A stretch of DNA of 64,000 nucleotides, from the NCBI GenBank assembly GCA_013153635.1, contig JAADDZ010000009.1, positions 29,967 to 93,966 of the forward strand, written 5' to 3'. This stretch comes from Aquificota bacterium. Its GTDB lineage: Bacteria > Aquificota > Aquificia > Aquificales > Hydrogenothermaceae. The translations under genes and the position numbers were made by a program. Shown piece by piece: positions 18,301 through 24,096 of the stretch. Position 1 is the first letter of the stretch, and every line of letters begins with the position of its first letter. Under the pieces are notes generated by a model. The model did no database searches. It had not been told where the DNA came from and was given only the letters and a program-made list of their open reading frames with translations.

Positions 18301-18586
18301 AGTATGGCAGAATTCTGTATTCCCTGCTAACCCAGACCCGTTATCTGGAATGCACTGCTGGCATAAAAAAGTTCTTATAGAAAAGGCTGGTCCAGAAGAT
18401 AAGATAGGTGACGTAGTAGTAGATATAGAAAAGACATTCAAAGTATATCAAGCTTGGAGAGATGTATTAACTAGACCAGCACCTGGTCCTAACTACCTAA
18501 GAAGACCAAAATGGTTCAAGAGACCTTGGTATCCACACACAGATAAGTCTTATAGAATGCCAACTGGTGAATCTCACGGAGAGTAA
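15320..18586 (+). CDS. Tat-exported molybdopterin oxidoreductase catalytic subunit, Ttr/Sre/Psr-like (large, 1088 aa)
   Basis: Twin-arginine signal (MRLSRRTFLKGSAATIGG). FS0 motif C-x2-C-x3-C (CNNCEAACGL ... GRNCAKG). The B-C-A gene order and about 1000+ aa size resemble tetrathionate reductase TtrBCA. Confidence 0.8.
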   Translation: MRLSRRTFLKGSAATIGGIALAKGVFSKTQPSAVAQTNEEITFTPERLDYYPPFDKWNNWREPDGDYWKLKGGALRDGVKMINYMLVPTVCNNCEAACGLTAWVDKDNLVVKKYMGNPFHSGSRGRNCAKGYATQSQMYDPDRIPFPLKRAPGSKRGEGKWVRTTWDEALKDIAKKLREAISSGSELERKMIMYHVGRPNESGGFTARVVWTWGGDHHNSHTNICSSGGRLGGIAWSGDDRPSPDFASSRLIFLSASHAADAGHYYQQHAGYIADARAKGAKLVIMDPRLSNSAGLADLWIPVWPGTEAAVYLSMISRLLQEDKYNRKFMERWVNWKTFLRDKDYLNYLKDNGFISKFPEGETFDDFIAVLKEIYAPYTFEWASKETKVPIYKLERLYEMILWAEDRITSYFWRAQAAGNRGGWLNAGRTGYFLLIVTGAIGGIGGNGWHKWHVLGVGAKGGKATLKEKPGPVDDWNELLWPPEWPLSTYELSFLLPHLLSDDEWRQKWEKRGLKIPGKLKLWISKIYNPVWINPDGFRWIEVLRNENKMELTVNLSPTWSETNWFCDYILPVGLAGERHDNQSAETKPERWTAFRQPVLRVALQKMGWKPKVPWRATLEAHKKAGLGEVWEENEFWINLMWEVDPDGSLGVRQYYESKKNPGKPVTIEEWYDAAFGTLPNLSKVCQKLGVTPYEYMRDRGAWTEETDVYNVHERELPYDPTKNAIKYKGKWIPLSECEIDEDTGAVYLKHHGAREWHSERHTIAVKKDGRYLQGFHTPTGVLEFYSKTFVEWKWPEYAIPVYPRDKEERKKMVHIVTHVHHDYMTEENAFALNPIFRLPYNIHTRSVNAKWLMEISQNHNPIWIYEGDAKRLGIKRGDAIKLRVVDTVSGIEVGYFVGMAIPTQATRPGVVACSHHSGRWRLKTTVKVDKYELGILRYGSALADMKEEGSVKKIRWIKGVERFKVEKQGDEFKWPYPEFNKDMEFVWWRGDTGVWQNSVFPANPDPLSGMHCWHKKVLIEKAGPEDKIGDVVVDIEKTFKVYQAWRDVLTRPAPGPNYLRRPKWFKRPWYPHTDKSYRMPTGESHGE

Positions 18587-18598
18587 TATAATTCTTGA

Positions 18599-18623
18599 GG
18601 GGGCTAAAAGCCCCTTTTTATTT
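18599..18623 (+). terminator. Terminator-like hairpin
   Basis: GGGGC-taaaa-GCCCC followed by TTTTTATTT. A chaperone gene still follows 37 nt later. Confidence 0.6.
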
Positions 18624-18660
18624 AAAATTTCTATTGTAGTTTTAGATTAAAGGAGAAAAG

Positions 18661-19296
18661 ATGGGAACAGTAGAGGAAACACAAGCACGGGTTAATATGT
18701 ATGGACTTTTGTCAAGACTTTTGATAGAAGAAGTTGATTTTTATACGCTAGAAAAAATCAAAGAAAATAAAGATTTACTTGATTTATTCCCTAAGACAAA
18801 AGAATGGGATTTATTTTGGGAAAAGGATACTCAAAAGCTTATAGAAGAAGACCTAAATGTAGATTTTACAACTATTTTTATTTTAAATGCTTACCCTTAT
18901 GAATCAGTATTTGTTAATGATGAAGGTTACATAAACCCAACGATAACAAACCCTACCCTTATGTTCTATAAAGACCATGGATACTCTATAGACCTTAATG
19001 AAACAAGAGCTTTATCTCCTGACCATATTGCAGTAGAACTTGAATTTATGATGAATCTTATACAAGAGGAACTAAACGCAATAGCGAAAGAAGATGAGGA
19101 AGAATTAAAAAGGATAAGAAATATACAAAAAGATTTTCTTAAAGAACATCTTGCTAACTGGGGAACTATTTATCTACTATCAGCTAGGGAACTAGCTCAA
19201 ACACCTTTTTACCAAGATGTTAGCACTCTTGCTATGGAATTTTTATTAAACGATTACGAATATATAAATGAGCTTTTAGGTACTCAAAAAAATTAA
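18661..19296 (+). CDS. TorD/DmsD/NarJ-superfamily redox enzyme maturation chaperone
   Basis: 211 aa. N-terminal pattern RVNMYGLLSRLLIEE..., later PYESVF and DHIAVELEFM blocks typical of the family. Confidence 0.7.
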   Translation: MGTVEETQARVNMYGLLSRLLIEEVDFYTLEKIKENKDLLDLFPKTKEWDLFWEKDTQKLIEEDLNVDFTTIFILNAYPYESVFVNDEGYINPTITNPTLMFYKDHGYSIDLNETRALSPDHIAVELEFMMNLIQEELNAIAKEDEEELKRIRNIQKDFLKEHLANWGTIYLLSARELAQTPFYQDVSTLAMEFLLNDYEYINELLGTQKN

Positions 19297-19754
19297 TCTT
19301 TTATTTTCTTTGCTACAGCTAGTAATGTAGCTTCTACGGCTATTTCTGTATCTACTTTTGCTATTCCGTGGATTTTACCAATAGTTTTCTTAAAGTGGAG
19401 TCCTTTTATTTCAAATACTATTTGGTCTCCGGGGAAAACAGGTCTTCTGAATTTAGCGTCATTTATACCTGCAAAGAAAACAGTATATTTTGTGGTATCT
19501 AAATGGACTTTTTGAGTAAGTAAATATGCTCCGATTTGAGCCATCGCCTCTATTATTAGAACTCCGGGCATTACAGGATATTCAGGAAAATGTCCTACGA
19601 AATAAGGTTCGTTAATAGTAACATTCTTTATAGCTTTTATAAAGAGGTTGTCTAAATCAAACTCTACTATTCTATCTACCAATAAAAAAGGATACCTATG
19701 AGGTAGAACTTTCATAATTTCTAAAATATCAATATGTTTTTTCTCTGGAGACAT
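19293..19754 (-). CDS. fabZ: 3-hydroxyacyl-ACP dehydratase FabZ
   Basis: LPHRYPFLLVDRI, HFP..PVMPGVLIIEAMAQ and PGD hot-dog blocks. 153 aa. Confidence 0.9.
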   Translation of the reverse strand: MSPEKKHIDILEIMKVLPHRYPFLLVDRIVEFDLDNLFIKAIKNVTINEPYFVGHFPEYPVMPGVLIIEAMAQIGAYLLTQKVHLDTTKYTVFFAGINDAKFRRPVFPGDQIVFEIKGLHFKKTIGKIHGIAKVDTEIAVEATLLAVAKKIKD

Positions 19755-19764
19755 CTGTATCCTC

Positions 19765-20628
19765 CTAATTAAAAAAATAAATATCGCTAAAAACGATGAT
19801 AAAAAATATTATACTTATGAAACCGTTCACTGTAAAAAAAGCTTTATTAATTTTCGAAAGATTTTCATGAGTTATTAGTGAATGTTCGTATATTAAAAAG
19901 ATACCTAACATAACCAGTCCAGTAAAATATACAACTCCGAGATTTGCACTTATACCAGTTAAAATTAAAAATATCAGTGTCAAAAGGTGAAATACTCGGG
20001 CAGTAATCAAAGCTTTCTTTATCCCAAATTTTGCAGGTATTGAGTGTAGGCCTATTTTTTTGTCAAAATTTATATCCTGAATAGCATATAGTATGTCAAA
20101 CCCAGACACCCAAAAAGCCATAGCCAAACCTAGATAAATCATAGATAACTCTATCTTTCCTTTTAAAGCTATAGAAACTGCAATAGGAATAAGAAAATAT
20201 ATAATCCCTAATATAAAATGTACGAAAGTAGTAAACCTTTTTCCTAGAGGATACAGTATAAGAAACAAAATCACTATTGGAGATAGATAAAAGGCAAGCT
20301 TGTTTAACATGTATGCACTAAAGATAAATACCACAGAAGATACAATAGCTAACATTAAGATTTCTATAGGTTTTACTAAACCTTTTACAGAAGCCCAGTC
20401 TTTTGTTCGTGGATTTAATTTATCAAAAGGAAGGTCAAAAAATCGATTAAAAGCCATTCCCGCAGTTCTTGCTGATATTAAGGCGACAAGAATCCATAAG
20501 ATTTTTTCTAAAGGAGGAAAACCTTTCTCTAATATAACTACAGCAGATAGAGCAAAGGGAAGAGCAAATATGGAATGCTCGAATTTAGTTAATTCTAGGT
20601 AGATTTTTAGTTTAGATAGAAGTTTCAT
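19765..20628 (-). CDS. UbiA-family aromatic prenyltransferase (quinone biosynthesis)
   Basis: 287 aa, about 8 TM helices. NRFFDLPFD and YAIQDINFDKKIG Asp-rich motifs. Confidence 0.8.
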   Translation of the reverse strand: MKLLSKLKIYLELTKFEHSIFALPFALSAVVILEKGFPPLEKILWILVALISARTAGMAFNRFFDLPFDKLNPRTKDWASVKGLVKPIEILMLAIVSSVVFIFSAYMLNKLAFYLSPIVILFLILYPLGKRFTTFVHFILGIIYFLIPIAVSIALKGKIELSMIYLGLAMAFWVSGFDILYAIQDINFDKKIGLHSIPAKFGIKKALITARVFHLLTLIFLILTGISANLGVVYFTGLVMLGIFLIYEHSLITHENLSKINKAFFTVNGFISIIFFIIVFSDIYFFN

Positions 20629-21416
20629 TTTATTTCTAGATAGGTTAGTAATTCAGATAAACTGTCAAATATAAAGTCTGGCTCAAAATTTTCTTTTATA
20701 TCTGATATTTGATATTTACCAGTAGTTAGAAAAACGGTTTTTAATCCTAGCTTTTTGTACCCAGCAAGGTCTATGTATAGGTCATCGCTGATAATCGCTA
20801 GTTTCTCTGGGGGAAAATTAAAAGATTGAAAAATGTATCTGTTGTATATATCGCTCATTTTACCAAAATGGGTATAATCTTCGTTACATGTACATGCATA
20901 CACAAACATTTTGCTTATAGCTCCTACTCCGGGAAAAAGTAAACCATCTCCATCTTGAGAAAGGAGGTTGTTGTTCATAGCGTACAATTTGGCGGTATGT
21001 CTTTTTAGAGCAGTGGTAGCTATTTTTAGTTTTTCAAAGTCCAGATTCCTATCCTGTGCAATCAGTACTGCATCTACTTTTGGGTCATCTTGTATTTTAA
21101 AACCATGTTTTTTTAAATAATTTACAAGAGTATTTTCCCCAATAACGAATATAGATTTTATATATTCTTCATTTAGCACCTTTGGTGCAAGTGAAAGAGG
21201 AGAGAAAATATCTTCTTTATTTATCGGTAGTCCTTTATTTTTTAATATTTTTGCTATATCTTCTGGAGGTATCCGTGAGTTATTGGTAGCTATTTTAAAA
21301 GGTATGTAATTACTACGGAGTTTCTTTATAAATTCTGGTGCATCTTCAAACACACTAAAGTCTTTATCTTTTACCAAAACTCCATCTAAATCTATTAGAA
21401 ATCCTTTTATATCCAT
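20625..21416 (-). CDS. HAD-superfamily (IIA-like) phosphatase
   Basis: DLDGVL motif I at the N-terminus, TNNS motif II, distal SDD motif. 263 aa. Confidence 0.7.
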   Translation of the reverse strand: MDIKGFLIDLDGVLVKDKDFSVFEDAPEFIKKLRSNYIPFKIATNNSRIPPEDIAKILKNKGLPINKEDIFSPLSLAPKVLNEEYIKSIFVIGENTLVNYLKKHGFKIQDDPKVDAVLIAQDRNLDFEKLKIATTALKRHTAKLYAMNNNLLSQDGDGLLFPGVGAISKMFVYACTCNEDYTHFGKMSDIYNRYIFQSFNFPPEKLAIISDDLYIDLAGYKKLGLKTVFLTTGKYQISDIKENFEPDFIFDSLSELLTYLEIK

Positions 21417-21418
21417 AG

Positions 21419-22006
21419 TTATCTTTTTAATATTCCATAGAAGAGTTGAGATATTAAAAGGTCTGGGTCTTCTACTATAGAGCCATTCTTTTGTGCCATA
21501 ACAAAAGCAAATACCTTTGCCTGTATAATACCTAAAAAGAGCATAGCAGTATCTTCAGAGTTTATATCTTCTCTAACAAAACCTTCTTTTTGTCCTTGTT
21601 CTATGATTTCTGCTAATCGACATTTGTAGTTTTCTAGAAACTCCTTGAGGATATTAAAAAACTTTGCATTTTGACTTCTTGAGAACTCAAAACATAGTAC
21701 AGGAACAGCTCCTTTAGTCTCTTCTAGAACCTCAAAATGAGCTTTTAGTACTAGTTCTAGTTTTTCTTTTGTGTTTTTTCCTTCTTTTAATGCGATGTCT
21801 ACCGCATTTAAACATCTTGTTATGTACCTGTTTATAATTTCAAGTATTATCTCGTCCATAGATTTAAAATGTTTAAAAAGAGCCGCATCTGTTATTCCTA
21901 ACCTGTTTGCTATGTTCTTTGCTGTAAATTTTCTAAGACCTTCTTTTACAATTATTTCTGCTCCTACTTCTATGATTTTTTCCTTCGTTGAAAGTTCTTC
22001 TTTCAA
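21419..22006 (-). CDS. TetR-family transcriptional regulator
   Basis: N-terminal HTH (FTAKNIANRLGITDAALFKHF). 195 aa. Confidence 0.8.
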   Translation of the reverse strand: MKEELSTKEKIIEVGAEIIVKEGLRKFTAKNIANRLGITDAALFKHFKSMDEIILEIINRYITRCLNAVDIALKEGKNTKEKLELVLKAHFEVLEETKGAVPVLCFEFSRSQNAKFFNILKEFLENYKCRLAEIIEQGQKEGFVREDINSEDTAMLFLGIIQAKVFAFVMAQKNGSIVEDPDLLISQLFYGILKR

Positions 22007-22019
22007 TTCATATCCTCCT

Positions 22020-22886
22020 CTAATTAAAAAGTATCATATCGCAAAAATCTTTAAGTGGAACTACTGCTCCTGCCGCATTTTTATGTCCACCACCCCCGAG
22101 GATTTTTGCAAGTTCTAAAGCAGAAGGACTCACAAAATCACAGCTCCTAAAACTAAATTTTACTATATCTCCGCTTATATTAAAAAGGGCTATAGGCTCT
22201 TTGTATTTTTGGCACATTAAGTTGCCAATTTCTGATTGAAATAGTCCTGTATTGAATGCTTTTACTTTATAATTACCTATCTTAAGGTAAGTTTCTTTGG
22301 CTTTTTCTATAAAGTAGTTTACGATGTAGTCTGTATATTCAGACAAAATTTTTCCTTTTTCTAGGATTTTTTCTATAGGTTGGTCGAGGAGTTCTACTAC
22401 TTTTTCTGGTTTATTTGTGAACAAAAAAAGATATGCGTTTGCATATTTTGTTTTTTCTCCGTATTTCCATGTCCATATATCTTTATCTTCTACGAACTTT
22501 ATAAGAGGAGGTATCTCCTCTCCTTTGAATAAATATATCCATGCAAGAGAAGCTCCTGACCTATTATTGTCAAATATATATTCAAAGTTTTTATACTTTT
22601 TCGCTAAACTTTCTAATAGACTTTTAACTCCTATATGATGGTCTATTAATACCACTTTTCTTGCCTTTTTTAGTAGATTTTCTAAATCTTCTTTTTTTAA
22701 AGAAAAATCTACTATATAAACAGTAGTATTTTTGTCTACGTTAGATAAGATAGCTTCTATATCCTCTTGAGAATAATTATGTTCTAACGGAACAAGCATA
22801 CAGTCAGGGAACTTTTTCAGTAAAACAGCCGCCGCTGTTGTCCCATCTGTACAGTTTTTATGATAAATACAAATAATTTTTTCCAT
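22020..22886 (-). CDS. DHH-family phosphoesterase
   Basis: NCTDG, IDHH and GGGGHKNAAG motifs. 288 aa. Confidence 0.75.
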   Translation of the reverse strand: MEKIICIYHKNCTDGTTAAAVLLKKFPDCMLVPLEHNYSQEDIEAILSNVDKNTTVYIVDFSLKKEDLENLLKKARKVVLIDHHIGVKSLLESLAKKYKNFEYIFDNNRSGASLAWIYLFKGEEIPPLIKFVEDKDIWTWKYGEKTKYANAYLFLFTNKPEKVVELLDQPIEKILEKGKILSEYTDYIVNYFIEKAKETYLKIGNYKVKAFNTGLFQSEIGNLMCQKYKEPIALFNISGDIVKFSFRSCDFVSPSALELAKILGGGGHKNAAGAVVPLKDFCDMILFN

Positions 22887-23019
22887 TTAAAAACCTTACA
22901 ATATAGTTTTATAATACTATATCATGTATCTAATACCTTTCAACTGTATATGTTATCTATTTGTAATTTTATGAATAACTTATCTTTAAGTTCTTCATGT
23001 AGATTGAAAAATTTTCAAG

Positions 23020-23048
23020 TTGACACATACTAAATATAGTGTTATGTT
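23020..23048 (+). promoter_or_regulatory. Candidate sigma-70 promoter of nrdBA
   Basis: TTGACA (23020..23025), 17 nt spacer, TATGTT (23043..23048). Confidence 0.4.
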
Positions 23049-23073
23049 TATTCGAAAACACTATATATAGTAT
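23027..23073 (+). promoter_or_regulatory. Two tandem NrdR boxes
   Basis: ATACTAAATATAGTGT (23027..23042, 14/16) and ACACTATATATAGTAT (23058..23073, 15/16) match the acaCwAtATaTwGtgt consensus. Starts are 31 bp apart and the boxes overlap the candidate promoter. Confidence 0.6.
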
Positions 23074-23094
23074 AGATAGTTGGAGGTGTCTCTT

Positions 23095-24084
23095 ATGTCA
23101 AGTCTAAATTTTATCGGTAAAACTTCTGTAAGAGATAATATCAGATTAACAGATAATCCTAAGTATCCGGTTTTTAAGAATTTATATGTTAAGCAAAAAA
23201 AAGCTGTATGGTTTCCAGAGGAACTAAACATACAGCAAGATGTTTTAGACTATAAATCTTTAAATCCTACAGAAAAAGACCTGTTTGACAGTGCCGTAGG
23301 ATACTTTGCTTCATCAGAACTCCTTGTTCAAAATGTCTTAGGTAATGGATTTTTCCCTGTTTTAACAGACCCTTACGTAAAGATGTCTTTCACTGCCCAG
23401 ATGTTCATGGAAAATATCCACAGTGATTTTTTTGAAATCATTCTAAATACTTTTGATATGGATAGGAAAAGAGTTTACAATATCACCCTTGAAGATAAGC
23501 TTCTCATGGAAAAACAAGAATTAATAATAAGAGCTGTTGATAGGATAACTTATGGAAAAGCTGACCCAGATAGCTTAGAGGGGAAAAAACAGATATTAAC
23601 ATCAATACTGTTAAATAACATTATTCAAGAGGGTCTTTTCTTTTACTCTGCGTTTGCTCACTTTTTTGCGATGAAAGATGTAGGAAAGATGAAAAATGTA
23701 GTTTCTGGAGTAGAGCTAGTATTGATTGATGAATCCTTACATCTTCAAAACGGTATAGAGGCTATACTTACAATAATCGAAGAAAATCCAGAAATCGTTG
23801 ACGATATTAAATTTGTGGAAAACATAAGAGATACGATTATAGATGCAGTAGAGCTAGAGTTAAATTACTTAAAAACGAAGTTTGGAGGGACAACCATCTT
23901 TGGTGTATCTTACAAAGAACTTGAACAATATATGAAATATATAGCCGATAGAAGACTTGAAGAACTTGGGTTTGACCCCCAGTTCAAAATATCTCAAAAT
24001 CCCCTTAAATTTCTCCAAAAAGAAGACGTTAAAAAGCTTACAAACTTTTTCGAAGTTTCTTCTACAGAATACACAAACTTCTAA
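23095..24084 (+). CDS. nrdB: Ribonucleotide reductase small subunit (class I; class Ic-like metal and radical site)
   Basis: ATG 23095 follows GGAGGTG. Ferritin-like ligand blocks SSE, MENIHSDFF, QEGLFFYSAFA and DESLH. C-terminal STEYTNF tail. Confidence 0.9.
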   Translation: MSSLNFIGKTSVRDNIRLTDNPKYPVFKNLYVKQKKAVWFPEELNIQQDVLDYKSLNPTEKDLFDSAVGYFASSELLVQNVLGNGFFPVLTDPYVKMSFTAQMFMENIHSDFFEIILNTFDMDRKRVYNITLEDKLLMEKQELIIRAVDRITYGKADPDSLEGKKQILTSILLNNIIQEGLFFYSAFAHFFAMKDVGKMKNVVSGVELVLIDESLHLQNGIEAILTIIEENPEIVDDIKFVENIRDTIIDAVELELNYLKTKFGGTTIFGVSYKELEQYMKYIADRRLEELGFDPQFKISQNPLKFLQKEDVKKLTNFFEVSSTEYTNF

Positions 24085-24096
24085 AGGATTTAGGAG

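Noticed and set aside
7826-18586. Selenocysteine (in-frame TGA) recoding in the molybdoenzymes
   Set aside because: Both catalytic-subunit ORFs are uninterrupted from the Tat signal to the stop, and no SECIS-like context is needed.
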